NCBI GenBank assembly: GCA_963700285.1 | Contig: CAVOXA010000010.1 | Span: 1,568,001-1,632,000, forward strand | Length of the DNA stretch: 64,000 nt | From: an uncultured Chloroflexia bacterium | GTDB lineage: Bacteria; Chloroflexota; Anaerolineae; JAAYZQ01 | Direction: 5' to 3' | Shown: piece by piece, positions 32,642 through 43,258 of the stretch | How the letters are laid out: the number at the start of each line of letters is the position of its first letter | How positions within the stretch are numbered: position 1 is the first letter of the stretch | Made by a program: the position numbers and the translations under genes | The notes under the pieces: model-generated | Databases searched by the model: none | What the model saw: only the letters and a program-made list of their open reading frames with translations | Told to the model about the DNA's origin: nothing

Positions 32642-33985
32642 CTACGGCGTGCGCCCCAGGATATCTAGGACAACCATCGCCAGGAGTTCGACTGCCACGC
32701 TCAGTGCCCTTTCGTCAATGTCAAACTCGGGGGTGTGGGCACCCAGAACGGCTTCCCGGCCCTCCTGCGCCTCATCATTGCTGATCCCGTACAGATCCGC
32801 TCCCAGGCCGATACTGGTTGCCAGGCCGCCCCTTTCCTGCACGCGCTGCATCATGTAGGCCAGATCCTCACTCCCGCCACTCTCAAAGGGTGCCAGAACC
32901 TTGAACCCCCCAATCTCGCCGGCAACTCGCGCCACCCTATCGGCCAGCTCAGCATCGCTTTCGGCGCTGGGCGCGCTGCCCATGGCCCGGATCTCCAGAT
33001 CACAGCCATACATCGCCGCCGCAGCCTCTAGAACGACGACAGCGCGTTCAAACATGTACTGGCTCAAATCGCTGTTCGCCCCTCGGGTCTCAGCCACCAG
33101 GTACGCACTGGGAGCGACCACATTCCGGCTGACCCCCGCCTGCATTTTTCCGACATTCACCCGGGTAGCCCCATCGCCATGTCTGGCGATGGCATACAGG
33201 TTCAACACCGCCGCGGCCGCAGCCAACAATGCGTTTTTCCCATCCTGCGGATTGCCGCCCGCGTGGGCTGGCGCCCCGGTGAACAGGACATCGAACTTTT
33301 CCGTGGCCGCAAACCCGCCCATGCCGGGGTGGATCTCGCCCAACGCCCAACCGGTAAAGACATGAAGCCCCACCAAATAGTCGACGTCGTCCAGGACACC
33401 GGCGCCAACCATACTTTTGGCGCCCCGTACCCCCTCCTCCGCCGGCTGAAAGATCAGCTTCACCCTGCCCCGGATGCCATCCTTCAGCCTCATCAACACC
33501 TGGGCCAGCCCCAGGCCCAGGGAGGTGTGGGCATCGTGGCCGCAGGTATGGGCGGCGTTCTCGTTCACAGAGACAAAACCCTCTTGCACGGGCCGGTGCG
33601 CCTGTGAGCGGCTTTCGGTCATGGCCAAAGAGTCCATGTCACAGCGGATGCCGATGGTTGGCCCATCGCCGTTCTCTAGAATGCCCACGACGCCGGTGAA
33701 CCCACCCCGCACCAGATCCAGGTATTCCCGGTCACCACCCTGTTCTACGGCGCGCTGCCAGCTCGCCTCCAGTGCCTCGGCGGACGGCAAGCCCATGCGG
33801 TCCTCATCCCGTATCACCTGGCGGCCGGCCAGCACCTCGTAGCCCAAGTCGCTCAGCCTCCTGGCCACCAGCGATGCCGTCCTGTACTCCTCCCAGCCCG
33901 CCTCGGCATGGCGGTGGAAATCCCGCCGATCTCTGATCAACTGCGCCTCAATCTCGTCGACGATTGTCTTCACATTCTCTTTCAT
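32642..33985 (-). CDS. M20 amidohydrolase (AbgA/aminobenzoyl-glutamate hydrolase-like)
   Basis: RRDFHRHAE.GWEEYRTAS, RCDMDSL, HTCGHDAH, LIFQPAEEGVRGA, AHAGGNPQDGKNAL, GGSED, HTPEFDIDE. Confidence 0.9.
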   Translation of the reverse strand: MKENVKTIVDEIEAQLIRDRRDFHRHAEAGWEEYRTASLVARRLSDLGYEVLAGRQVIRDEDRMGLPSAEALEASWQRAVEQGGDREYLDLVRGGFTGVVGILENGDGPTIGIRCDMDSLAMTESRSQAHRPVQEGFVSVNENAAHTCGHDAHTSLGLGLAQVLMRLKDGIRGRVKLIFQPAEEGVRGAKSMVGAGVLDDVDYLVGLHVFTGWALGEIHPGMGGFAATEKFDVLFTGAPAHAGGNPQDGKNALLAAAAAVLNLYAIARHGDGATRVNVGKMQAGVSRNVVAPSAYLVAETRGANSDLSQYMFERAVVVLEAAAAMYGCDLEIRAMGSAPSAESDAELADRVARVAGEIGGFKVLAPFESGGSEDLAYMMQRVQERGGLATSIGLGADLYGISNDEAQEGREAVLGAHTPEFDIDERALSVAVELLAMVVLDILGRTP

Positions 33986-34084
33986 GGCCAGCGACTCCGC
34001 GTTTGCTTTGCAGCAAGGATGCCGACACTATAGGCCAGAAGCCGTCGCCGGTCAAATCAATCATGCACGATTGGCATTGGTCAA

Positions 34085-34120
34085 AGAAAGAGCCATGCCT
34101 GGCAACAGGCATGGCTTTCT
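34085..34120. terminator. Intrinsic terminator hairpin
   Basis: AGCCATGCCTG-GCAA-CAGGCATGGCT flanked by A-rich and T-rich runs. Confidence 0.7.
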
Positions 34121-34196
34121 CGTTCGGCGATGGCGTTGCCCGGGGAAGCCGTCTGCCAGAGGCTGGCGCCTCGACGGACAGCGCCTGTAGGCAGCG

Positions 34197-34607
34197 TTAA
34201 GGTCTTGCAGCTCTGAGGGTCAGTGGCAAAAAGATGCGATACCCCTTCCACTCGTAGGCGCCCATATCCGGTTGGCTGTCCCGGGGCGTGCCCTCGATGT
34301 CATCCACTGGCGCGCCGGCTGGCGTGCCCGTGTCAATGCAAGGCGAGCCGGTCCGCACGCGGTAGCTGTCATTGGCCGGGTCTATGAAGCGCGGGTCCGC
34401 GTCAATGTTGCCCTGTCCTGCATCGCACCAAGAACACTCCCCTTCGATGTCGGAATAACTCACCTTGACGCAATCCGTGCAGGGGGGATCAGCCTGGACG
34501 TTCAGGGCATTGTTCCACATGATGCTGTTGGTTACTCCCAGGTCTGTCGACCAGATCAGGATCGCCTGGTGTCCCTGGGGGTTGTTGTCAGCTATTGTGC
34601 TGTTCAT
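34197..34607 (-). pseudogene. C-terminal remnant of a secreted beta-helix (choice-of-anchor Q-like) protein with FLP motif
   Basis: NSTIADN..VTNSIMWNN..VSYSDIEG..GNIDADPRF..GSPCIDTG..DIEGTPR..PDMGAYE..YRIFLPLTLR. No signal peptide or N-terminal domains. Confidence 0.7.
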
Positions 34608-34783
34608 GATCTGGACCTTGCTTCGAAAGGCTCCCAGAACGCTGCCCGGACCATGCTCACGAGCGGCTTCTGATCACTCATTGTCTCTCCTCTGGTTGAA
34701 GTGTCATGGCTGCCCTCGTCCGCAGTCGCATGGGAATCTCTGCCTGCCTATCAAATGGTAGAAAGCGCATGTCACAGAATTCG

Positions 34784-36193
34784 TCACGGCTCCAGGGCCA
34801 GTACCCTATTGGGCTCCAGAAAGAAGGGGGGCACGACAGCCGGGATATTGGACAGCGGCAGCACCTCCTCCGGCAGGTCTATGCCCAGGACGTCTATCAT
34901 GAACTCCCGGCGGCGCTGGCAGCGGGCAAAACATTCCGGGTACTCGGCCTGGAGTCGGGCGCGCAGGCTGCCATCTGCCAGCACCACCCCGTCCTCCATC
35001 CGCGTGGAAAAGTAGACGGCTGAGGAGGGGATGATGTCCACCTGGATGGCCATGCCCGAACGCAGCGGCAGGTCGGACCCCAGGTAGATGGGCGAACTCA
35101 GCCATTCGTCCAGATGGATGAGATGCCCCGCGTTCAGCGTGATTCCAAAGTGGTCAAAGGGTAGGGATTCATCCACCAGGCGGGCCAAAGCATCCCCCGG
35201 CATGCCGAGGCGCAACTGGCTGTACCACTGGCATATGACTTCAAAGTAGGGACCCGCGAAACTTTCGACATAATCTCGCGCTTCCAGCGGCAGGTCGCCA
35301 GCCGACGCGGCCACCCAGCCGGCCCGGCAACTGTTGCTGCCCCAGTAGCTGAGGTTGGTCGCAAAGGGTTCACCCCGCCGGATGGTCGCCCCCCTGGGAC
35401 TCGCCAGGCCCAGATGGTGGGTGTCACCTGTACCCATGGCCAGGTGACATGCCAGCGGCTCCCCGTTGTATTCGACCAGCTTGGCCAGTTCGTGGTCGGC
35501 CATGCCCTCCCGCAGGCCAAAGAGCATGCGCTTCATCCCTTCCGAAGCCAGGATGCTGGTATACTCAAAGTAGGCGATTTCAGCCGGGCTGCAGGTGGTC
35601 CGCAGTCCGTGTCCAGGGTGCATCAGGATGCCGGTGGCATTGACCACGTTCTGCCAACCGGCCAGTTCGCGCAGCGTATCTACCAGGTAGGCGGGTAGTT
35701 CGAGCGCGTGGGCCGCGCCGGGATGCTCAGGCTCGGAGAGGTACTTCCAGCCGGCGCAGCCGACCCGAGAGCCTCCGCCAATGCCTTCACCGGCAAAGAT
35801 CTCCTGGATCAACCGGCTGTCTCCACGCGGCTGGTTCAGCAGTGAGAAGGGCTGGTAGCGCTCGCCGCGCAGCTTGCCCGCGACGTACAGCGGGCTGACT
35901 GCCAGATAGGCCTCACACTCATTGCCCACCACCAGCAGCGGATCGCCGTGGCGAGCCAGGACCAGCAGGGCCTCCTCGAAACGGGGGTCAAAGCCGGTGA
36001 GGTAGGCCAGGTTGGCGAAATGCTCCCGGTCGCCATAGACGACCAGGTGCGTCAAGCCGAGTTCCTCCATCGCCGCCCGGGCAGCATCGATGCGGGCCTC
36101 AAACTCTGTGACCCCAGGACCCGGTGGCCGGTCACACAGACCGAATTCGGGCCACTCGATCTCGATGAGCTTGGCTCCCCTTGAAACTGCCAT
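34784..36193 (-). CDS. Xaa-Pro aminopeptidase/creatinase-like protein
   Basis: LVVYGDREHFANLAYLTGFDPRFEEALLVL, LNAGHLIHLDEW.SSPI, SGMAIQVDIIP, RMEDG. GGAGG RBS. Confidence 0.75.
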   Translation of the reverse strand: MAVSRGAKLIEIEWPEFGLCDRPPGPGVTEFEARIDAARAAMEELGLTHLVVYGDREHFANLAYLTGFDPRFEEALLVLARHGDPLLVVGNECEAYLAVSPLYVAGKLRGERYQPFSLLNQPRGDSRLIQEIFAGEGIGGGSRVGCAGWKYLSEPEHPGAAHALELPAYLVDTLRELAGWQNVVNATGILMHPGHGLRTTCSPAEIAYFEYTSILASEGMKRMLFGLREGMADHELAKLVEYNGEPLACHLAMGTGDTHHLGLASPRGATIRRGEPFATNLSYWGSNSCRAGWVAASAGDLPLEARDYVESFAGPYFEVICQWYSQLRLGMPGDALARLVDESLPFDHFGITLNAGHLIHLDEWLSSPIYLGSDLPLRSGMAIQVDIIPSSAVYFSTRMEDGVVLADGSLRARLQAEYPECFARCQRRREFMIDVLGIDLPEEVLPLSNIPAVVPPFFLEPNRVLALEP

Positions 36194-36280
36194 ATCATTC
36201 CCTCCTGCGTTGCCAGCCCCGTAGGGCATTGCAATCTAGGAAAACTAAATCTCTGCACTTTGGCAGACGCAAACAGCGAC

Positions 36281-37051
36281 TCAGGTAATAAGTGCCTGTG
36301 GCTCAGAGATCTGGGACAGTGCTTCTGCCGCCCCTTGTATGAGGAACAGCATGTCGGTGCCGACCGCGATGAGCGTAAAGCCCTGTTCAATGAAGGGCTG
36401 GACGGCAGCGGCATCCACCCCAAAGACTCCGAGCCTCACTCCCGCGGCCAGGCAGGCGTCTCTGATGTGCGCGATGGCTTCCTGGACCTCTGGATCAGTA
36501 ACCTGGCCCATCTTGCCCAGGCTGGCCGACAGATCGTAGGGTCCGATCAAGACCGCATCGATCCCAGGAACGCTGACGATGGCAGCGACATCCTCCAGGG
36601 CGTCGGCATGTTCGATCTGGATGACAACGGATACCGCCTCGTTGGCGCTGTCGACATACTCTTGAAACTGCAGGCCGTAGCCATGGGCGCGGCCGATGCC
36701 CACCCCCCGGGTTCCCTCGGGTGGGTACTTGCACAGGCGAACAACACGCTCAGCCTGCTCAACCGAGTTGACCTGGGGCACAATGATACCCGCCGCGCCG
36801 ATGTCCAGCGCCTTCTTGATCCACACCTCCTGGCCCGCAGGGACCCGGACCAGGCAGGGGCAGCGGGAACCGGCTGCCTGCAGCAGCGCCTGCGCGCTGT
36901 GGCTACCGAACGATCCATGCTCCGTATCGATAAAAAGCCAATCGAACAGCAGGTCTGCCAGCACCTCGGCGATCTCGGGCGCCGGCAGGGTGGCCAGTGT
37001 TCCCACCAGTAGCTCCCCGTCCCTCAGTTTTTGCCTGAACATGTGAGTCAT
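36281..37051 (-). CDS. HpcH/HpaI (GarL-like) class II aldolase
   Basis: FDWLFIDTEHG, IKKALDIGAAGIIVPQV, YPPEGTRGVG, IQIEH, IGPYDLSASLG. Confidence 0.92.
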   Translation of the reverse strand: MTHMFRQKLRDGELLVGTLATLPAPEIAEVLADLLFDWLFIDTEHGSFGSHSAQALLQAAGSRCPCLVRVPAGQEVWIKKALDIGAAGIIVPQVNSVEQAERVVRLCKYPPEGTRGVGIGRAHGYGLQFQEYVDSANEAVSVVIQIEHADALEDVAAIVSVPGIDAVLIGPYDLSASLGKMGQVTDPEVQEAIAHIRDACLAAGVRLGVFGVDAAAVQPFIEQGFTLIAVGTDMLFLIQGAAEALSQISEPQALIT

Positions 37052-37086
37052 CGATTCTTCTCCTGTATCAGCATCATGACCTCCCC

Positions 37087-37488
37087 TTACTTCCCGACCC
37101 GCTCAGCAGGCCGGAAGCGCAAGGCTGACCATACCTCGTCAACCGATACCTGGGTCACCGGCCTGAGACTTGGACCGGCCGTCGCCAGGTCCCAAAACAC
37201 ATCCCGCGACAGATCGGTCTCAACTTTCGAGCTTTTCTTGGGGTAGGAGATCCAGAATAGGCCGTCATACTCAGCAGATTCCACAGCCGCCGGCAACAGC
37301 TCATCCAGTTGCCTGCTGTCCCGCGCAAAGAGGTGGACAAAGTCGAACTTGCCCTCGACTACCTCCAAGACCACGACGCCCTCCGGCAGCTCGCCCAGGG
37401 ACGCGATGTAGCCTTCAGGCGCGTTCAGTATGAGCACCCGTTGCCCGGGCTGCATCCTGAGCTTTTTGACCAGATTGGAGTCAGTCAT
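37087..37488 (-). CDS. Conserved hypothetical protein (DUF3052-like)
   Basis: LVKKL..VLILNAP..DFVHLF..FWISYPKKSSKV.TDLSRD..QVSVDEVWSALRFRP. Confidence 0.75.
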   Translation of the reverse strand: MTDSNLVKKLRMQPGQRVLILNAPEGYIASLGELPEGVVVLEVVEGKFDFVHLFARDSRQLDELLPAAVESAEYDGLFWISYPKKSSKVETDLSRDVFWDLATAGPSLRPVTQVSVDEVWSALRFRPAERVGK

Positions 37489-37545
37489 TTTCCCTCCGTA
37501 AGAGATACCAAACCTCCAGGAGCGACTGGCTAGCTCGGCCGTACG

Positions 37546-38541
37546 CTACCCACCACCGGCGCCATATACCTCCGGGTTCACACAATTTGGCAGGCGCTCG
37601 CCCCGCAGGCCGGCCAACAGGTTCTCGGCGGCCATGACGGCCATGCGATCGCGCGTGATCACAGTGGCGCTGCCAATGTGGGGCACGACCAGGCAGTTGG
37701 ATAGAGAAAGCAGCTTGTGGTCGCCTGGCAGTGGCTCTGGGTCGGTAACGTCCAGGGCGGCGCCAGCGATCTGCTTCGCGACCAGGGCATCGTACAGCGC
37801 GTCCGTGTCCACCACCGGTCCGCGAGCAGAATTGACCAGAATGGCCGTCGGCTTCATCTGAGCCAGCGCCCTGGCATCGATCAGGTGGCGCGTTTCCTCA
37901 TTCAGAGGTACATGCAGGCTGACAAAATCCGCCTCGGCCAGCAGCTTTTCCAGGCTACAACGCAGCCCAACGCCGGCAAAGGGCGCTTTCTCAGGATCGC
38001 AATAGGGGTCAAAGTACACGACCCGCATGTCAAAGCCGGTCGCTCGGCGCGCGACTGTCTGCCCGATGCGGCCCATACCGATGATGCCCAGCGTCGCACC
38101 GTGCACGTCGTGGCCCAGTGGCATGGCCTTTCTCCACGCGCCCCACTCGCCAGCTTTGACATATTCGGCACCCTCCCCAATGCGCCGCGCCGCAGCCATG
38201 AGCAGGGCAAAAGCCAGGTCGGCTGTGGTATCGGTCAGCACCCCTGGCGTGTTGCCCACCGGGATTCCCCGGGCCGTGACGGCTGCCACGTCGATGTTGT
38301 CATAGCCAACGGCAAAGTTGCTGACGACCTTTAGCCCTGGCCCGGCGGCGTCCATTAGTACCACGTCCACAACATTGGTAAACATACTCAGCAGCCCAGA
38401 CACGCCACGGATCCTCTCCAGTAGCACATCTCGTGGCATGGGCTCTCTTTGGGTCCAGATATCCGCTTCGCAGCCATCCCGTACCAGATCCAACCCAGCC
38501 TTGGGAATGCTCCCGCCAACGAGTACTCTGGGTTTGTCCAT
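37546..38541 (-). CDS. D-glycerate dehydrogenase / glyoxylate-hydroxypyruvate reductase
   Basis: [68 protein letters not shown]. Confidence 0.92.
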   Translation of the reverse strand: MDKPRVLVGGSIPKAGLDLVRDGCEADIWTQREPMPRDVLLERIRGVSGLLSMFTNVVDVVLMDAAGPGLKVVSNFAVGYDNIDVAAVTARGIPVGNTPGVLTDTTADLAFALLMAAARRIGEGAEYVKAGEWGAWRKAMPLGHDVHGATLGIIGMGRIGQTVARRATGFDMRVVYFDPYCDPEKAPFAGVGLRCSLEKLLAEADFVSLHVPLNEETRHLIDARALAQMKPTAILVNSARGPVVDTDALYDALVAKQIAGAALDVTDPEPLPGDHKLLSLSNCLVVPHIGSATVITRDRMAVMAAENLLAGLRGERLPNCVNPEVYGAGGG

Positions 38542-38588
38542 CGTGCTCCTCCTAGCCCTGGAAAGTGGGTTACTCCAGGGCATGCATG

Positions 38589-38966
38589 TTAGTCTTGTAC
38601 CCTTTCGACCTTGATCTCCGTCCCGCCGGGCACGGCATCAAAGGCCAGGGGATCCCCCTTTAGCCGGCCAAAGACATTCACCGGGCTATAAGCCCGGGGC
38701 TCGTCTCCATGGCTGACTGGCGTCGGCCCCCAAAAGATGCAGAAGGCATGGCCCACCGGCCAGTAGCCCAACTCCCCGGGCTCCACAACCTCGCGGGCAT
38801 CGTCCGCCTGCGCCACATGGACCGGGATCTCAAAATAGATCTCGTCCCCCCAGCGGTTGCCCCGCGCCGTTACAGGCAGGGCTTCCCAAATGGCTTTCCC
38901 AGTAGCATTGTCCCCCAGCGTGGCCGTGGCCGTAACGCCCCCGGCGCTGATCTTGATCTTGCGCAT
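38589..38966 (-). CDS. Cyclophilin-like fold protein (DUF369/TM1367-like)
   Basis: [52 protein letters not shown]. Confidence 0.85.
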   Translation of the reverse strand: MRKIKISAGGVTATATLGDNATGKAIWEALPVTARGNRWGDEIYFEIPVHVAQADDAREVVEPGELGYWPVGHAFCIFWGPTPVSHGDEPRAYSPVNVFGRLKGDPLAFDAVPGGTEIKVERVQD

Positions 38967-39296
38967 GGCTATCCTCCCCAGACTATGAGTCTCCTCCACC
39001 AGAGACCCGGATAATGTCTTTCCAGGCAATGGTCGACATAAAAAAACCGTCTCGCAAGTGAAAATGGGTTCCTTCCCGTTTCAGTCGATTTTACCCGCAT
39101 ATGCTTTCTATCTGGCATTCACGATGTATTTTTATGTTTAACGGTAAATTCTGGGTTTCCCTGAGCCAAAACAACTCTCTGTTTTCAGTTTTTCTGGACT
39201 GAAATAAGCTAAAATGAACGGTTTTCTGTTTGGTTCTCTGGCCCTTTTTGTCCCTGGCGCCGCGACTCTCTTGAACACCACTCAACCACACTAGAT

Positions 39297-40649
39297 TTAT
39301 GTCACATAGAGCATCAGCAAGTCGTTGACATTGGTGCCAGTCGGTCCAGTGCAGATCAGGTCGCCTAGAAAATCAAAAAAGACATAAGAATTATTGTGAT
39401 CTAGATAGATCTCGGGCTCAAGGCCCAGAGATCGGGCACGGGCAACAGTCCCCCCGGTGGCCACAGCGCCAGCCGCGTCGGTGGGACCGTCGGTACCGTC
39501 GGTACCCAGGGCTACAAGGACAACACCGGGCAATCCCTCCATGGCCAGCGCCGCCGCCAGAGCCAACTCCTGGTTGCGCCCGCCCTTGCCCTCGCCGCGT
39601 ACCCTGACAATGGTTTCACCACCCCAAACCAGGCAGGCCGGCCGGGGCACGGGCCGATTGTAGCTGTGCAGCTCTTTGGCCAGCGCCGCCGCCACGTGGG
39701 CCACCTCACGGGCCTCTCCTTCGACAAAGGTCGAGAGGAGCAGGGCATTCAGCCCCCGGGCGCGGGCCGCATCAACGGCAGCCTGGGCGGCTTGGCGATT
39801 GCTGCCGACGACCACATTGTACACCTGCTCAAACAGCGGGTCTCCTGGCTTGGGGGTGTCAGCCAGACGGCCATCAAGCCCAGCCTCAAGCCGCGCTCGG
39901 ACCGCCAGAGGCAGGCGCTCCACCAGGTCGTAGCGTTCCACCACAGACCACGCGTCGCCAAAGGTACTGGTATCGGGTGACAGAGGGCCAGAAGCAATCA
40001 CGTCCAGAGGATCGCCAACCACATCCGACAGAACCAGACTGGCCACCGGCGCGGGTGCAGCCAGACGAGCCAGGCCCCCACCCTTGATCGCGGAGAGGTG
40101 CTTGCGCACCATGTTCAACTCGACGATGGTCGCCCCGCAGCGCAGAAGCAGCTCCGTCGTATTCTGGAGGTCGTCCAGAGTAAGACCCTCTGCCGGCAGC
40201 GTCATCAGTGCCGACCCTCCCCCCGAGACCACGGCCAGCACCAGGTCGTGCTCCGCCGTCCCTGCCAGCAGGTCCGCCATGCGGCGGGCGCCATCCACTC
40301 CCGCATCGTCGGGCAGGGGGTGGCCGGCTTCCGCCACTTCCACAGGCCCCGTGGCCAAACTTGGGTCGATGTGGTCATATTTTGTGATTGCCAGGCCGCC
40401 TGTCAGCCGCTCGCCCAGGATACCGTACAGGGCGGCAACCATTGCCGTGGCCGCCTTGCCACCGCCAACAACCCACACCCGCTCGATTGTCGCCAGGTCA
40501 TAGGCACGCCCCGCCACGGTCAGCAGGTTCCCCTGGCGCTGGACGTGGCGGCGTACCGCGGCGCCGGGCTCGACAGCATCCAGAGCTGCCTGCTGCACGG
40601 CCAGGATCGTTTCCCTCAGCGCTGATTCCTGGATCGAACGTGGCTCCAT
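39297..40649 (-). CDS. Glycerate 2-kinase (MOFRL/TtuD family)
   Basis: GGGKAA, EAGHPLPD, SGGGSAL, GATIVELNMVRKHLSAIKGG, SDVVGDPLDVIASGP, GGET, GGRNQEL, GTDGTDGPTDAAGA, TGPTGTNVNDL. Confidence 0.93.
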   Translation of the reverse strand: MEPRSIQESALRETILAVQQAALDAVEPGAAVRRHVQRQGNLLTVAGRAYDLATIERVWVVGGGKAATAMVAALYGILGERLTGGLAITKYDHIDPSLATGPVEVAEAGHPLPDDAGVDGARRMADLLAGTAEHDLVLAVVSGGGSALMTLPAEGLTLDDLQNTTELLLRCGATIVELNMVRKHLSAIKGGGLARLAAPAPVASLVLSDVVGDPLDVIASGPLSPDTSTFGDAWSVVERYDLVERLPLAVRARLEAGLDGRLADTPKPGDPLFEQVYNVVVGSNRQAAQAAVDAARARGLNALLLSTFVEGEAREVAHVAAALAKELHSYNRPVPRPACLVWGGETIVRVRGEGKGGRNQELALAAALAMEGLPGVVLVALGTDGTDGPTDAAGAVATGGTVARARSLGLEPEIYLDHNNSYVFFDFLGDLICTGPTGTNVNDLLMLYVT

Positions 40650-40767
40650 CGATCGCCTCCTCAGAACCTATTGAACGATACCAAAACGCCTCGTTTAGGC
40701 TGTAAACGTTTTCACAAGAGCATCCAGGGTCGGCCGGCTCAATCTCGCACCCGAGACTAGCTCAGTG

Positions 40768-41898
40768 TCACACCGTGGGTACATCGTAGCCCTGGAGCTT
40801 GAGATACGCCTCCACACCGTCGAGAAAGAGTTCGCGGTACTCGGCGGAAGTGGCTTTGCCAATGTGGCCCACCCGGAAAATCTCGCCCTTTAGGCCCTGC
40901 AATCCGCCACCTATCATGATCTGCCACTCCTCGAGAAGGTAGCTTCGAAGGTCTTCGACGTCCATCCCGGGCAGACGGCGCACTGTGGTGATCAACGGTG
41001 AGGCATTGGCCTCAGGCATGAGCATCTCGAAACCCATCCTTTTCAACCCGCCACGGACGAATTGGGCCGCTTCGACGTGCCGGGCATAGTGGGCATCGAG
41101 GCCATGTTCTTCAATCAGCCGTAGGCTGGCCAGTAGGCCCAGAATGTTGTGCGTCGGCAGTGTGGTAGGATAGGGATGCCAGGGACCCCACTGGGTCTTG
41201 TAGTCCTTCCAGGTACGCAGGTTCAGGTACCAGCCGTGGGCCCCCTCGCGCTTGCGCTCCATCTGGTCCCAGGCGCGCTGGCTGACGGACACGGGTACCA
41301 GGCCGATGGGGCCCGCCAGGCACTTGTTGCCAACGGTGACACACACGTCGATGCCCCACTCATCCACCGGCAGCGGCATGCCGCCCAGGGTCGAGACCGC
41401 ATCCAGGATGAGGGGCACCCCAAACTCTCCAGCAACGGACACGATCTCCTCCAGGGGATTCAATACGCCGGTAGAGGTCTCCAGGTGAACGACGGCCACG
41501 GCCTGGATATCGGGTTCGGCAGCCAGTTCCTGCCGTATCGCCTCCGGATCCACCGGTTGCCCCAGCGGCGCCTCAACGGTCCGCACCTCCAGGCCGTGGC
41601 TCCGCCCGATGGTGGCCATCCTCTCGCCAAAAAAGCCGTTGTGGGCGACCAATACCTTGTCGCCCCGCCCGGCCAAGCTGCCGATGGCCGCCTCCAAACC
41701 CACCGTCCCGGGTCCGATGAGCAGGAGCATCTCGTTCTGGGTGCCAAAGACCCGCTGGAGTCGCTCCAGGGTCTCATCATAGATCTCCATCCAGGCCGGG
41801 CCATAGTGGGCGCGCACCGGCTCGGCCATGGCCGCCAGGACCTCATCCTCCACGCCTACTGGCCCGGGGATCATCAGTTTGATGTGCTGTGCTGTCAA
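40768..41898 (-). CDS. Class V PLP aminotransferase (serine-pyruvate / alanine-glyoxylate type)
   Basis: AGGAGG RBS then TTG, LMIPGPV, NGFFGERM, VHLETSTGVLNPL, DAVSTLGG, GNKCLAGP.GL, FRVGHIG. Confidence 0.9.
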   Translation of the reverse strand: MTAQHIKLMIPGPVGVEDEVLAAMAEPVRAHYGPAWMEIYDETLERLQRVFGTQNEMLLLIGPGTVGLEAAIGSLAGRGDKVLVAHNGFFGERMATIGRSHGLEVRTVEAPLGQPVDPEAIRQELAAEPDIQAVAVVHLETSTGVLNPLEEIVSVAGEFGVPLILDAVSTLGGMPLPVDEWGIDVCVTVGNKCLAGPIGLVPVSVSQRAWDQMERKREGAHGWYLNLRTWKDYKTQWGPWHPYPTTLPTHNILGLLASLRLIEEHGLDAHYARHVEAAQFVRGGLKRMGFEMLMPEANASPLITTVRRLPGMDVEDLRSYLLEEWQIMIGGGLQGLKGEIFRVGHIGKATSAEYRELFLDGVEAYLKLQGYDVPTV

Positions 41899-42119
41899 GA
41901 TCAGCCTCCTCGCTACATGCTGCATTCGTAATGGTAAAGGGATCACCCCACAGAGCAAACCCACCGCACAGATTATACCACCCTCCCGCGCCAGAAGCAA
42001 CCCCTCCACGTTGGGGGCATTCGAAGCAGAACAGTGCGGGTCACGAGGCCTGGATATAGTAGTTCCATGCAAGCCATTCACTACATGTAGTAGAGGTTGC
42101 CTTGGGGTTGATACAGACG

Positions 42120-42270
42120 TTCGGATCATCGTGGAGCAGGTCGGGGTCATCGCATGAGAGAAAGCTGTTGTCCAGAGGTCCGAAGGCGATGCCACGCTGC
42201 TGCAACTGCCGCTTGGCATATTCATTACCGTTCAGGCACATCTTGACGCCGTAGGGAGCCATAGGTACAC
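42120..42270 (-). mobile_element. Short remnant of a putative transposase
   Basis: PYGVKMCLNGNEYAKRQLQQRGIAFGPLDNSFLSCDDP resembles a motif I recall from IS-associated proteins (C[LI]NGHE..KRQ...GI.F..LDN.F..C.DP). Isolated fragment, family not certain. Confidence 0.45.
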
Positions 42271-42403
42271 ACTTCAGTGAAAGTGACCAACCCGTGGCCC
42301 TACCGCTCCCGCCACATATTGTCACAGACTTTGGGATTTTCTTGAGCGAAGGCTTCAGCCAATAACTCCCCCGACCAGCGTGCGTAGGCAATGCCCTCTC
42401 CGG

Positions 42404-42695
42404 TTAGCTGGAGTGATCTGCTCTCTCAACCCTATGCGGCCTCGGCGCAGCGCGGGCGATGAGTTTTTCGATCTCCAGCGGTTCGGCTTTGGCCGGATCG
42501 CGCAACAGAGAGATGGCTTCCTGCGAACACTGGGAGACGCATACCCCACAGCCGGCGCACAGGTCCTCATCCACCTGGGCGACATGGCCCGAGGAGGCCA
42601 GCATGGGCGTGCCGTGCTGGTGGGCCTGCATCGCCCCATAGCAACAGGAGCAACAGTTGCAGATGGCATAAAACCGGCCCAGCATGGCATCCTTG
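42404..42695 (-). pseudogene. Displaced 3' fragment 1 of the 4Fe-4S protein gene
   Basis: KDAMLGRFYAICNCCSCCYGAMQAH.HGTPMLASSG.VAQVDEDLCAGCG[deletion]VCVSQCSQEAISLLRDPAKAEPLEIEKL matches the C-terminus of 50801..51743. Confidence 0.9.
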
Positions 42696-42783
42696 TAGTA
42701 GTGGACACAACCGACAAGCGTCGTTTGCTTTGACGACACGGTTGGTGGTACCGCCGCCTACACGGAGACGAGAAAGGTCATAG
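42696..42783. repeat. Conserved att-like arm, copy 1
   Basis: TAGTAGTGGACACAA..TTTGACGACACGGTTGGTG..ACGGAGACGAGAAA, repeated at 44577 and 45697. Confidence 0.85.
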
Positions 42784-42856
42784 CTAACCAGAACTCTGGT
42801 ACTCTTGGTACCACGGTATTCATAGGTCAAGGCAGGGGGGCTAGCCGCGCACGCCC

Positions 42857-43258
42857 CTAACGGGACTTGTACTCCCAGTAGGAGCTGTAGAATTCGTCGT
42901 GAAGCATGGTCTCCTCATCATCGGCCGCCGACGGCTTGTCCGCAAAGCCAACACCTGACCAGAATTCCAAGTCGCCTAGCTCAGGATCGGAAACACCATC
43001 CATCAACGAAAAAAGCCGAAAGAGCGGGGCACTGGCGGTATCTGCGACAACCTTTCTCAAAGCAGAGCGAGCCGCAGGTGACAGTTCCAGGTTCTTGAGA
43101 GCGACTCTCTCTTCTGTAGTGAGAGTTTCGCCTGGAGGATACGTCACGTCAGTGCCGTGTTGCGAAACGCCAAACCAGTTCAATGCTACCGTGGTTGCCT
43201 CAGCGATTTCCTTGTGCATCTCAAAGAACAGCGCTTGTTGTATTTCCTCTCTCGTCAT
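42857..43258 (-). CDS. Hypothetical acidic protein (cargo)
   Basis: 133-aa ORF with plausible composition, lower GC than the core genes, no family recognised. Confidence 0.7.
   Translation of the reverse strand: MTREEIQQALFFEMHKEIAEATTVALNWFGVSQHGTDVTYPPGETLTTEERVALKNLELSPAARSALRKVVADTASAPLFRLFSLMDGVSDPELGDLEFWSGVGFADKPSAADDEETMLHDEFYSSYWEYKSR

Noticed and set aside
41899-42225. N-terminal 109-aa extension of the aminotransferase ORF
   Set aside because: An AGGAGG RBS precedes TTG 41898 and family similarity starts there. The extension runs through promoter and transposase-remnant sequence.
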